The notes: generated by a model not told the origin, from the letters alone. A stretch of 64,000 nt of DNA from Planctomycetota bacterium (GCA_038227875.1 JBBRPR010000022.1:66067-130066); one strand, 5' to 3'. Counted from the stretch's first letter, positions 27,560-37,058 are shown. Numbers and translations are program-made.

Positions 27560-28237
27560 ATGCGCACCGCCATTCTCACTCTGATCTCCACGCTGGCACT
27601 CAGCGGCTGTGTGGCGCCCAAGGGCCGCCCGACGGCCGCGACGCTGCCGCAGCCGGTCAAGATCATCAGCTCGCCATCGGTCGTCAGCGATGGTTCGCTC
27701 TGGCAGGCCGATGCCCGCAACGATAATTCTCTGACCGGAGACATCAAAGCGCGCAACAAGGGTGACATCGTCACCGTGCTCGTGATTGAAAAAGTGAACG
27801 CCTCCCACACACGCAATACCGCAACGAATAAGACACAGGGAACCGACGCCTCCGCGTCGCAGTTCTTCTTCCCCGGCGTGGGCACACTGAAAGGTGCGAC
27901 ACCGAACCTCAGCTACAAGTCGGCACGAACCTACGCCGGCGGCGGTACGGTGACCGATTCGAATACCGTGACGGCGACCGTGAGCACCCAGGTGGTCGAA
28001 GTGCTGCCCAACGGAAATCTGGTCGTCAGCGGGTCGCGCGAAGTCACGCTCTCCGGCGAAGTCCAGACCGTCACTCTCACCGGCATCGTCCGCGAACACG
28101 ACATCGCGCCCGATAACACCGTGCCGTCCACCGCGCTGGCAGAAGCCCGCGTCCACATCGCCGGTGCAGGCCCGCTGGATGACGCGCAGAAGCGCACCCA
28201 GGTCGCCCGCCTGCTGGACTGGGTCAACCTCTTCTAA
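27560..28237 (+). CDS. flgH: L-ring lipoprotein FlgH
   Basis: Lipobox LSGC, GDIVTVLV, VVEVLPNGNL and GIVR..DI..DNTV.S. Confidence 0.93.
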   Translation: MRTAILTLISTLALSGCVAPKGRPTAATLPQPVKIISSPSVVSDGSLWQADARNDNSLTGDIKARNKGDIVTVLVIEKVNASHTRNTATNKTQGTDASASQFFFPGVGTLKGATPNLSYKSARTYAGGGTVTDSNTVTATVSTQVVEVLPNGNLVVSGSREVTLSGEVQTVTLTGIVREHDIAPDNTVPSTALAEARVHIAGAGPLDDAQKRTQVARLLDWVNLF

Positions 28238-28273
28238 TTCACTCACTCTCGCGACAGAGAACGGACGGTGGCC

Positions 28274-29494
28274 ATGCGTAATCTCGTGATCGTGCTCCTG
28301 ATGACCGTGCTCGTCGGACAAGCGCTGGGCGCGGAAGCAACACCGCCCACTCCTCCCACTCCTGTCGCTCCCCCCATTGCAGTCAAGGGGCCGGTCTCCA
28401 GTGCCTCACCGGTTATTGCGGAACGGCGCTCCAATCAGCAGACGATCGAAGCGCCAACCGTGCGCATCAAGGACGTCGCGGACATTCAGGGCGTGCGCGA
28501 CAATCAGCTCGTCGGCGAAGGCATCGTCGTGGGCCTCGACGGCACCGGCGACAAGCAGGGCACGCAGACGCTGCAGGTCCTTTCAAATTTTATCGCACAT
28601 ATGGGCGTCACCGTCCCGGCCGCCCAGCTCAATCCCAAGAACGTGGCCATTGTCGCCATCACCGCACAGTTGCCGCCGTTCATGAAGAAGGGCGCGAAGA
28701 TCGACATCCAGGTCTCATCGATGGGCGACGCCTCCACGCTCCAGGGCGGCATCCTCATTCAAGCTCCGCTCAAGGGCGCCGACGGCCGAGTCTACGCCGT
28801 GGCTCAAGGCGCGATTTCCGTGGGCGGTTTTTCAGCCAACGGCGGCGGCGACTCCACCGTGCAGAAAAATCATACGCTCGTCGGCCGCATTCCCAACGGC
28901 GGTCTGATCGAACGCGAAGTTGAAACGACCTTTGCCCACAACGGCGTCGTCCGCATCATTCTGCGAAAAGGCGATTTCACCACCGCGCAGCGCATGGCCG
29001 AATGCATCAACACCCGCTGGGCCGATTCGGCCAAAGCGATCGATCCGATGACCATTGAATTCCGCCTGCCCTGCAATCCCAACGAACAGACCACCGTGAT
29101 GGCCACGGTCGCGGAACTCGAAAGCCTGCTCTTCACGCCCGATCTTTCCGCCCGCGTGGTGATCAACGAACGCACCGGAACAATCGTCGCCGGCGCACTG
29201 GTCCGCCTCTCACCGACCGTGCTCTCGCACGGAAATCTGTACATTACGATCAAACGCTTGAACGCCGTCTCGCAGGCCAATTCCCTGAGCAACGGTACGA
29301 CCGTCGTCACCACCGATACGGCGACCGAAACCGTCGAAGAGAACGGCCGTGCCATCGTCCTCGAACACGGCCCGACGCTGGCCGATCTGGCCGCGGCGCT
29401 CAACGCTCTAAAGGTAAAGCCGCGCGACATCATTGCCATCTTTCAGGCTCTGAAGGAAGTGGGCGCATTGAATGCCGAACTGGTGATCATGTAA
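28274..29494 (+). CDS. flgI: P-ring protein FlgI
   Basis: RIKD...GVRDNQLVGEGIVVGLDGTGD, VVINERTGTIV and GALNAELVIM. Confidence 0.96.
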   Translation: MRNLVIVLLMTVLVGQALGAEATPPTPPTPVAPPIAVKGPVSSASPVIAERRSNQQTIEAPTVRIKDVADIQGVRDNQLVGEGIVVGLDGTGDKQGTQTLQVLSNFIAHMGVTVPAAQLNPKNVAIVAITAQLPPFMKKGAKIDIQVSSMGDASTLQGGILIQAPLKGADGRVYAVAQGAISVGGFSANGGGDSTVQKNHTLVGRIPNGGLIEREVETTFAHNGVVRIILRKGDFTTAQRMAECINTRWADSAKAIDPMTIEFRLPCNPNEQTTVMATVAELESLLFTPDLSARVVINERTGTIVAGALVRLSPTVLSHGNLYITIKRLNAVSQANSLSNGTTVVTTDTATETVEENGRAIVLEHGPTLADLAAALNALKVKPRDIIAIFQALKEVGALNAELVIM

Positions 29495-29497
29495 GGC

Positions 29498-29513
29498 TGG
29501 CACACCATTCGCC
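29498..29513 (+). promoter_or_regulatory. Putative sigma54 promoter upstream of flgJ
   Basis: TGGCACA-CCAT-TCGCC; GG-N10-GC spacing; immediately after the flgI stop. Confidence 0.5.
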
Positions 29514-29552
29514 ATCATGCTCAGTGAGGCGCTCGACCCGGGAGAATTTGCT

Positions 29553-29975
29553 GTGACACCCACAAGTTCAACGACTTCTGGCATTTCTTCCACCGGTACG
29601 ATGCAGAACTCGGCCCTCGGTGCACTGCCCCGCGATCCCAAAGCGCGTTTGAAGAAGGCCGCGCATTCCATGGAAGCCCTTTGGCTGACGGACATGCTGA
29701 AAGAAGCGCGCCCCAAGGGCGGCATGTTCTCCAAGTCGTTCGCCTCGTCCACCTTTCAAGACATGATGAGCCAGCAGCTGGCACAGAACATCGCCGACAC
29801 CGGCCTGTTGGGACTTTCCGACAGCCTCAGCCGCCAGTTGCTTCACACCCAAAGTGAAATCAGCAAGACCCAGTCTGGCTTGGCCGGCGAGGGCTCCGAC
29901 GCCTCACCCGCCAACTCGGCTTCACATCCCGCAGCGGCCGTAGCGCCCATTTCATCAGGAACCAGCAAAAAATGA
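29553..29975 (+). CDS. flgJ: FlgJ-like rod-binding (rod cap) protein without muramidase domain
   Basis: LKKAAHSMEALWLTDMLKEAR...FQDMMSQQLA...GLSDSLSRQL. GTG at 29553 after GGGAG (ORF track starts at 29517). Confidence 0.75.
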   Translation: MTPTSSTTSGISSTGTMQNSALGALPRDPKARLKKAAHSMEALWLTDMLKEARPKGGMFSKSFASSTFQDMMSQQLAQNIADTGLLGLSDSLSRQLLHTQSEISKTQSGLAGEGSDASPANSASHPAAAVAPISSGTSKK

Positions 29976-30334
29976 AGACTTCATCCAGCGACCCTATGAA
30001 CTTCCTGCGCAAGTTGTACGAGTCACTGCAGTTGCTCAACCGCAAGCTGGTTACTGCCAGCGCGTCAGGGACGTTGGAAGCCGTTCACGACATCGGCGAA
30101 ATTCTCCCCGAAGCCAAAACGTTCAGCATCGACCAGATTCCAGCCAGCGAGATGGGCGAAGCGCGAGACTTGGTTCGCCGCATCATGCAGCTCCAGGAAT
30201 CCAACCGCTCCATCTGCAATGGCGGACTGAAGATCATCCGCACGTTCGCCGAATCCATGGGCAAGACTTCATCGTACGACGAAAGCGGAGCGATGCGGGA
30301 CGCCGTGCTTCAGGACTTGAACATCTCCGCCTGA
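29972..30334 (+). CDS. FlgN-like export chaperone
   Basis: Helical 120-aa protein with QESN...SSYDESG pattern; lies between flgJ and flgK. Confidence 0.6.
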   Translation: MKTSSSDPMNFLRKLYESLQLLNRKLVTASASGTLEAVHDIGEILPEAKTFSIDQIPASEMGEARDLVRRIMQLQESNRSICNGGLKIIRTFAESMGKTSSYDESGAMRDAVLQDLNISA

Positions 30335-30337
30335 ATC

Positions 30338-30353
30338 TGGCCCCGAGGCTGCC
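30338..30353 (+). promoter_or_regulatory. Weak putative sigma54 promoter upstream of flgK
   Basis: TGGCCCC-GAGG-CTGCC; spacing correct, -12 element imperfect. Confidence 0.35.
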
Positions 30354-30444
30354 GACGGGTTGTTGCAGTTCTGAGAATCTTTCCGCATTCGGGCTTCATT
30401 GTGCGTGAAAGCATCCGAAGTGGAAAGCAGGAGGAGTTACTTTT

Positions 30445-31839
30445 ATGCCGATGACACTCAGCGGCATCCTACAATCTGGCATGAGTAGTCTGAAGACCTT
30501 TCAGAATGGTCTGGCGATTACGTCGAGCAATATCGCCAATGCCAGCACTCCCGGCTACTCCCGCCAGCGCATGAACTTGAGCGAAGAAGATCCGCTCAGC
30601 ATCATCCCCGGGCAGGTCGGAATGGGTGTCCAGATCACCAGCATCTCCCGGCAGCGCTCGCCGTTCATCGACAACGCCGTGCGCGCGGAGATTGGGCAGC
30701 AGGCCAAGTATCAGCAGGTCGGACAGGATCTGCAGAACATGGAAGGCGTGCTCGGCAATCCGACCAACCCGACGCTCAACGCCGACCTGACCAACTTCTA
30801 CAACGCGTTCCAGACGCTCTCCACCTCGCCACAGGACGTGATCAGCAATCGGCAGAATGTGATCGAAGCCGGCACGACGCTCGCCTCGGATTTTCAGACC
30901 GCCAATGCTCAGCTCGCCACGGTCCAGTCGGGGCTCGATACGCAAGTCAATCAGTCGGCCACTGACATTAATTCGATGCTCACCAGCGTCGCGTCGCTCA
31001 ATCAACAGATCAACAACGTCTCCCAGCACGGCAGTACGCCCAACGATCTGATGGACCAACGCGATCAGCTGCTGGATAAACTCAGCGGCTACATGGATCT
31101 AACCCTGAGTACGCAGACCAACGGCTCGATCAACATTGCCGTCAATGGGCAGTCGTTGGTGAACAACTTTACCGCTTCGAGTGTCTCGGTCGCCAGCGTC
31201 GGTTCGCCGGCGCACCCGCAGATTCAGGCCGGTGGCGTCTCGCTGGCCACCAGCGGCGGACAAGTGGCCGGCTTCGTCCAGTCGTACACCAATATCGACT
31301 CGATGCAGAATTCGCTCGACAGCCTGGCCAGCGTAGTGATCAACCAGGTCAATGCAATCCACGCCGCTCCCGGTGCCGCGTTCGATCTCAACGGCGCGCA
31401 GGGCGTCAATTTTTTCACCGGCTCCAGCGCCTCGACCATGGCCATGAATCCCGTGGTTCAGAGCGATCCGGCCAAGGTCGTCGCAGGGAAGACGGCAGCC
31501 AAAGGCGACAACACCGCCGCACTGGCCATGGTGGCGCTGCAGGATCAACTGGTCTACCCGGCCGGCGTGCCGACCGGGACGCTGGGATCGGCGATTTCAA
31601 CACTGAGCCTCCAGCTCGGTTCACAGGCCAACCAGGCCAACAGCATGCAGACCACGCATTCCAACTCGCTGAAAAATCTGACGGCTGAACAAGCTTCCGT
31701 CAGCGGCGTCAGTACCGATGAAGAACTGACCAACATGATGCAGTATCAGCGCGCGTACCAGGCCGCCTCGCGCGTGATCACGACCGTGGACGAATGCATG
31801 GACATGATCATCAACCGCATGGGCAAGGTTGGATTGTAA
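30445..31839 (+). CDS. flgK: Hook-associated protein FlgK
   Basis: SNIANASTPGYSRQ, PNDLMDQRD and SGVSTDEELTNMMQYQRAYQAASRVI. Confidence 0.96.
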   Translation: MPMTLSGILQSGMSSLKTFQNGLAITSSNIANASTPGYSRQRMNLSEEDPLSIIPGQVGMGVQITSISRQRSPFIDNAVRAEIGQQAKYQQVGQDLQNMEGVLGNPTNPTLNADLTNFYNAFQTLSTSPQDVISNRQNVIEAGTTLASDFQTANAQLATVQSGLDTQVNQSATDINSMLTSVASLNQQINNVSQHGSTPNDLMDQRDQLLDKLSGYMDLTLSTQTNGSINIAVNGQSLVNNFTASSVSVASVGSPAHPQIQAGGVSLATSGGQVAGFVQSYTNIDSMQNSLDSLASVVINQVNAIHAAPGAAFDLNGAQGVNFFTGSSASTMAMNPVVQSDPAKVVAGKTAAKGDNTAALAMVALQDQLVYPAGVPTGTLGSAISTLSLQLGSQANQANSMQTTHSNSLKNLTAEQASVSGVSTDEELTNMMQYQRAYQAASRVITTVDECMDMIINRMGKVGL

Positions 31840-31862
31840 CGGCCGGCTAAGGGACGTGGCAG

Positions 31863-32798
31863 ATGACAACACGAGTCACCGATCAGGCGCGCTATCTGGA
31901 TCTCGCGCCACAATACAACAGCTTGCTCGCGCAACAGCTGACGATTCAGCAGCAGATCTCCAGCGGCAAACGGTTGACGCGCATCGACCAGGACCCCATC
32001 GCCGCATCGCAGGCGCAGCAGTTGCACGCGGAAGATTCCCGCGTCCAGCAGGACCTGACGAACATCGACGCAATGAATTCCTTCTCGCAGATGACCGGAA
32101 CTGCCGTCGGCAACGCCGTGCAGTACATTCAGCGCGCGCACGAACTGGCCATCTCTGGCGGCGATGCCACCAAATCCCCCAGCGACCTGGCCTCCATCGC
32201 CGGCGAAGTCAATCAGGTCATCCAAGGACTCATCGACACCGGAGCGCAGCAGTTCGAAGGGCAGTATATTTTCTCCGGAGCGAAGTCGAACACGCCGGCC
32301 TTCACGGCCGTCAAAGACGCAGCGGGTAACATCACCTCAGTGACCTACAACGGCGACGGCTCGTCGCTCCAGGCCGAATACGCACCGGGCAAACTGATCG
32401 ACTACAACGCACTGGGCTCCAACGAGAACGGCGGCACCTTCGGCGTCTTCAAGGATGTCGGGGCGGGCATCGATACGTTCCAGACCCTGATTCAGCTCCG
32501 CAACGACCTGACTTCCAATCCGCAAAACCTCTCCAATGACGTCGGCGCCGTCAACACCGTGCTGGCACATCTGACGGCCGCGGAAGTGAAGGTCGGCGGC
32601 ACGCAGAATCGATTGGCAGCGATGACCACCGCGCAGCAGGACCTGCACGATCAGTTCGGCCAGAATCTTTCCGCCGTCGAAGACACCGACGTGGCCGCGT
32701 CGGCCACCAAACTCGCCGGGTTGCAGAACGCCTATCAAGCCGCGCTGGCCATCGGCGCAAAAGTCGGGCAAATGAGCCTGTTGGATTACCTGAGGTAA
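31863..32798 (+). CDS. flgL: Hook-associated protein FlgL
   Basis: QQQISSGKR...DP, GQYIFSG..S.TPAF, YNGD and C-terminal MSLLDYLR. Confidence 0.92.
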   Translation: MTTRVTDQARYLDLAPQYNSLLAQQLTIQQQISSGKRLTRIDQDPIAASQAQQLHAEDSRVQQDLTNIDAMNSFSQMTGTAVGNAVQYIQRAHELAISGGDATKSPSDLASIAGEVNQVIQGLIDTGAQQFEGQYIFSGAKSNTPAFTAVKDAAGNITSVTYNGDGSSLQAEYAPGKLIDYNALGSNENGGTFGVFKDVGAGIDTFQTLIQLRNDLTSNPQNLSNDVGAVNTVLAHLTAAEVKVGGTQNRLAAMTTAQQDLHDQFGQNLSAVEDTDVAASATKLAGLQNAYQAALAIGAKVGQMSLLDYLR

Positions 32799-32800
32799 AC

Positions 32801-33262
32801 ATGACTGAGACGCGATTCTTCCCCGCCCCTGTTCAGGAAAAAGCACCCCGCCCCGCTTCCGTGCGCGCGTCGGCCGTGCTGCCGACCCGCGTCCATTTCG
32901 CCGGCGGCCTGACTCCCTTTGCCACCGCGAAGAACTTCGCGCTGCGTGCCGATACCTCGGTCGCGCCATTTCTGCGCCTGGTCTGCGAAGACCTCGAGCT
33001 GGCCTTCGTCCTGATCGATCCGTTTTCATTGATGGAAGAATACAAGCCGGAGTTTTTCGAAACCGACATCGAAGAACTGAAACTCAAGCCCGACGACAAA
33101 CCACTGGTGCTCTCCATCGTGAATTTAAGCCGCGGCGTGGAGCAGGCGACGGCGAACTTCGCCGGCCCGCTGCTGATCAACCCCGCCACTGGCGAAGGCC
33201 GACAGGTCGTCCTTGTTAACGCCGGACGTTATTCAGTGCGCCACCGCTTGCTACAGAGCTGA
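32801..33262 (+). CDS. fliW: Flagellar assembly factor FliW
   Basis: LAFVLIDPF, TANFAGPLLIN...GRQVVL and YSVRHRL. Confidence 0.9.
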   Translation: MTETRFFPAPVQEKAPRPASVRASAVLPTRVHFAGGLTPFATAKNFALRADTSVAPFLRLVCEDLELAFVLIDPFSLMEEYKPEFFETDIEELKLKPDDKPLVLSIVNLSRGVEQATANFAGPLLINPATGEGRQVVLVNAGRYSVRHRLLQS

Positions 33263-33274
33263 AAGGAGTACGCC

Positions 33275-33568
33275 ATGCTCGTTCTCACGCGCAAAGAAGG
33301 CGAGTTCCTGCTCCTGGGCAAGGACATCGAAGTGCGGGTGCTCCGCGTGGACGGCGACCAGATCCGTTTGGGCATCGTCGCGCCCCGCTCCGTCAACATC
33401 GTCCGCGGCGAGTTGCTCAACGAAATCCGCGAAGAGACCGCACTCTCCGCCAAGCCGGCTCACGACAGCCTTGAAAATCTTGCACGCCTGCTCAAAGGCG
33501 CCACCAGTGCGCAGCCCGCAGCCCTCGGCACGAAAGCGTCTCCGGAGCCCGTTGTAAAATCCAACTAG
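33275..33568 (+). CDS. csrA: Translational regulator CsrA with C-terminal extension
   Basis: MLVLTRK.GE...IRLGIVAPRSVNIVRGE; adjacent to fliW. Confidence 0.95.
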   Translation: MLVLTRKEGEFLLLGKDIEVRVLRVDGDQIRLGIVAPRSVNIVRGELLNEIREETALSAKPAHDSLENLARLLKGATSAQPAALGTKASPEPVVKSN

Positions 33569-33651
33569 TGGTTGTCAGCAAATTTTGCAGCCACTTCCTC
33601 TCGATCGTCCGATTTTAAAGCACTTATAAAATCCAAAAGTTCTCTCCTGTT

Positions 33652-33667
33652 CGGCGCTCTAATTGCA
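33652..33667 (+). promoter_or_regulatory. Putative sigma54 promoter upstream of the TPR-GT41-FkbM gene
   Basis: CGGCGCT-CTAA-TTGCA; GG-N10-GC spacing; AT-rich intergenic region. Confidence 0.55.
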
Positions 33668-33722
33668 AATCCTATCTTTAACAATTTGAACTCTGCTATC
33701 CGCTAACTGGAGGCGTAACAGG

Positions 33723-36700
33723 ATGAACCGTGCATTTGCCAAGACCTTCCGCCAAAACGTCGACCTTCGAGCTGAATCCGCGATACAAATTTACAATACC
33801 GCCGTCAACGCGCAGAAGCGCGGACGGGTGGATGAAGCTCTGCTCGGCTACCGCAAGGCGCTGAGCATGAAGCCGACGTTCGCGCCGGCGATGCACAACC
33901 TCGGCCGCATCCTCTCCGACCGCGGCAACTACGAAGAAGCGATCAAGATTTTCGAGAAGGCCATCGCCATTCTCCCCAACGACGCCGACATCCAGAACAG
34001 CCTGGGCATCGTCTACAAATCCGTTCACCGTTTCCGCGACGCGCTGAAGTGCTTCCAGACCGCCGCCGACCTGAAACCCGAATTCGTCGGCGCGTACAAC
34101 AACATGGGCACGACGCTCGACAGCATCGACAAGCACGAAGAAGCGCTGATCTGCTACCGCAAGGCGCTCTCGATCGATCCCACCTACCCCGACTGCTACA
34201 ACAACATCGGCGTGGCGCTGAAGAAGCTCTCGCGCCTCCCTGAAGCCGTCGCTGCGTACCAGAAAGCCATTGAGTACAAGCCCGATTACGCCGAGTCCTA
34301 CAACAATCTCGGCGGCATCTATAAGGAACAAGGACGCTGCGACGAAGCCCTCGAGATGCTGCGCAAGGCCATCTCCTTCAAACCGCAGTCGGCTGAAATG
34401 CACTCCAACATTCTCTTCACCAGCCATTGCTTCCCCGGCTTTACGCCGGAGGTCATCTTCGAGGAACACAAGAAGTGGGGCGTCAAGCATTCGCCGGCGG
34501 ACATGGAAGCCAAGTCGCACGCCAATATCCCTGATCCCAACCGGCGTCTGCGCGTCGGCTACGTCTCACCGGACATCCGCGACCACTCCTGCGTCTTCTT
34601 CCTCGAACCATTGATCGGCGCGCACCACCCCGACCAGGTTGAAACCTTCGCCTACGCCGAAGTGCCCAAGCCCGATTGGAAGACGGAAGTGATGAAGAAG
34701 CTCTTCCACAATTGGCGCAGCACCATCGGCATGTCACACGACGCCGTGGCTGAAATGATCCGCCGCGACCAGATCGACATCCTGGTGGAATGCGCCGGGC
34801 ACACCAGCAACAACCGCCTGCTGACGCTGGCGCGCAAACCCGCGCCAATCCAAGTCACCTATCTCGGCTACCCCGACACCACCGGCATGCACGCCGTCGA
34901 CTACCGCATCACCGACGCCATCGCCGATCCGGAAGGCGCTGAAGCGTTCCACACCGAAGAAGTCGTGCGTCTGCCCGGCGGATTCCTCTGCTTCAAAGTT
35001 CACGACGACGCGCCGGCCGTCGTGCCGCTCCCGGCCAAGGTCAAGGGCCACGTCACCTTCGGCTCGTTCAACGTGATTCACAAGCTCTCGCGCGAAGTGA
35101 TCGAACTCTGGTCGCGCATTATTCTCAGCGTTCCGGGCTCCAAGATTTCGCTCAAAGCCAACGCCTTCTCCGACAAATTCACGCGCGACCGCTACATCAA
35201 CATGTTCGGCGAATTCGGCGTCACCGCCGACCGCATCAACATGCTCGCGTGGGAACAGGCACGCTTCAACCATCTCGGTCTCTACGGCGATGTCGACATC
35301 TGCCTCGATCCGTTCCCCTACAACGGCACGACGACGACCTGCGAAGGCATGTGGATGGGCGTGCCGCTGATCACGCTCAACGGCAACATCCACGCCTGTC
35401 GCGTCGGCGCCAGTCTACTCTCGCGCGTCGGTCTCGAAGAATTCATCTGTCAGTCGAAAGAAGAATACGTCCAGAAAGCCGTCGCGATCGCCACGGACAC
35501 CAATCGCCTGGAACAGATCCGACTGTCGTTGCGTGGCAAAATGGCCAAGAGCACGCTCTGCGATGCCGACAAGTTCGCGACGTCCATCGAAGAGAAATAC
35601 CGCTGGATGTGGCAGCGCTGGTGCCAGAAGCAGCAGGAACGCGGCAACGTTCCCACCGCGACCTATACCGCGCCCGCACCGATCATCGACCAGAGCACCC
35701 TGGCGAAAACTCCGCAATCGTACGTCCAAGAATTGACGAACCTGCTCGGCAAACCCGCCGCCACGACGACGCCCCCTGCTCCGACCCCAGCGGTCGCGCC
35801 CGCTCCCGCGCCGGTTGCAGCCAAGCCCGATTCCTCTGCCTCGACGGCAATCTCGAATCAAGCCCTCGTCATCGGTCGCGTCGCGGAACTCGCGCTCCTG
35901 GCTGACGGCATGGCGCGCTTCGGACACTATTCTTCGGCCGCGCAGTACGCGAGCCAGGGTTTGGCCAACTTGAAGCGCGGCCAGTTCTCCGGCGGCTTCC
36001 CGCAGGCGCTGCTCTCCAGTTGCAACGCACCCACGATCGAAGGCGTTTTCCTGCGCCAATGCATCGAATTCAGCGCGCACTCCAGCTTCCTCGCGCGCGA
36101 ACAGTACAAGGACTGGGTAATCGCGTGGGCCAAGCTCGAACCGAACAACCCCGAACCGTTCCTGCGCTTCGGTCTGCTCTTCGCGCTCTTCGCGTTAAGC
36201 CGCGGCGTGGCCATCTCCCGCACCGCGTTGGAAACGCTCGATCACGCGCGCCGCATCCAGACCGATGTCCGCCCCACCCTCGCGCTGCAACTGTGCGAAG
36301 GAAAGCTTGAAGAACTCCAGCTCCCGTATTTCGGCAGCACGCTCCACCTGTCCAAGGACCTCACGAATCTCAGCACGTTCGTGATGCTGGAACGGGGCGA
36401 CTGGTACGAACCGGAGCTCGATTTATTCCGCAGCCTCGTCCGCCCCGGCGATCGTGTGCTGGACGTGGGCGCCGCTGTCGGAGTCTACGCGTTCGGAGCC
36501 GCCCCCTTCGCAGGCGAGCAGGGCCGCATCCTCGCCATCGAAGCCGATTCGCGTAACGCCGCGCTGCTCCGCAAAACCGCCGCCCAACACGCGACCGTGC
36601 AGATTCATGAACTGGCCGTCAGCGACCACGAAGGCATCGGCCGCCTGCGCGCCGGCGACACGCCGGAATTCTCAGAACTCGTCGACGGAGAAGCCGAAGG

Positions 36701-37058
36701 AAAGCCCGTGCAGTTGAAGACCATCGACCAGGTCCTGGCTGCCGCTGGACTGGAAACGGTCGACATGCTGAAACTCGACATCGGCAACGGCGCGCTCCAA
36801 GCCATCGCTGGCGCCGAAAAAACGCTGAGGTCGGGCGCCCCCATCGTCATCTACGACGCCCGCGACGGCAAGAAACTGCGCACCGACCTGATCGCGAAGT
36901 TCAAGGATTTTGGCTACGAGAGCTACGTCTTCTCTCCGTTGCGCCGCATCCTGGAACGCTACACCGAAAAAACCGACGTCGACCCCTTCACCCAGAACCT
37001 GGTCGCGTTGAAGCCTGAGGCCCTCGACCGCTTCCAGGGAGTCGTCGCCATCGCATAA
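33723..37058 (+). CDS. TPR repeats + OGT/SPINDLY-like GT41 glycosyltransferase + FkbM-family methyltransferase fusion
   Basis: About 6 TPRs (YNNLG-type). GT41 motifs RLRVGYVSPD..DHS, KPAPIQVTYLGYPDTTG, FGSFN..HK and LDPFPYNGTTT. C-terminal VLDVGA.VGVY...AIEA...LKLDI. Confidence 0.88.
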   Translation: MNRAFAKTFRQNVDLRAESAIQIYNTAVNAQKRGRVDEALLGYRKALSMKPTFAPAMHNLGRILSDRGNYEEAIKIFEKAIAILPNDADIQNSLGIVYKSVHRFRDALKCFQTAADLKPEFVGAYNNMGTTLDSIDKHEEALICYRKALSIDPTYPDCYNNIGVALKKLSRLPEAVAAYQKAIEYKPDYAESYNNLGGIYKEQGRCDEALEMLRKAISFKPQSAEMHSNILFTSHCFPGFTPEVIFEEHKKWGVKHSPADMEAKSHANIPDPNRRLRVGYVSPDIRDHSCVFFLEPLIGAHHPDQVETFAYAEVPKPDWKTEVMKKLFHNWRSTIGMSHDAVAEMIRRDQIDILVECAGHTSNNRLLTLARKPAPIQVTYLGYPDTTGMHAVDYRITDAIADPEGAEAFHTEEVVRLPGGFLCFKVHDDAPAVVPLPAKVKGHVTFGSFNVIHKLSREVIELWSRIILSVPGSKISLKANAFSDKFTRDRYINMFGEFGVTADRINMLAWEQARFNHLGLYGDVDICLDPFPYNGTTTTCEGMWMGVPLITLNGNIHACRVGASLLSRVGLEEFICQSKEEYVQKAVAIATDTNRLEQIRLSLRGKMAKSTLCDADKFATSIEEKYRWMWQRWCQKQQERGNVPTATYTAPAPIIDQSTLAKTPQSYVQELTNLLGKPAATTTPPAPTPAVAPAPAPVAAKPDSSASTAISNQALVIGRVAELALLADGMARFGHYSSAAQYASQGLANLKRGQFSGGFPQALLSSCNAPTIEGVFLRQCIEFSAHSSFLAREQYKDWVIAWAKLEPNNPEPFLRFGLLFALFALSRGVAISRTALETLDHARRIQTDVRPTLALQLCEGKLEELQLPYFGSTLHLSKDLTNLSTFVMLERGDWYEPELDLFRSLVRPGDRVLDVGAAVGVYAFGAAPFAGEQGRILAIEADSRNAALLRKTAAQHATVQIHELAVSDHEGIGRLRAGDTPEFSELVDGEAEGKPVQLKTIDQVLAAAGLETVDMLKLDIGNGALQAIAGAEKTLRSGAPIVIYDARDGKKLRTDLIAKFKDFGYESYVFSPLRRILERYTEKTDVDPFTQNLVALKPEALDRFQGVVAIA

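Noticed and set aside
31863..32798. Flagellin
   Set aside because: Position after flgK and the YIFSG/YNGD/SLLDYL motifs fit FlgL.
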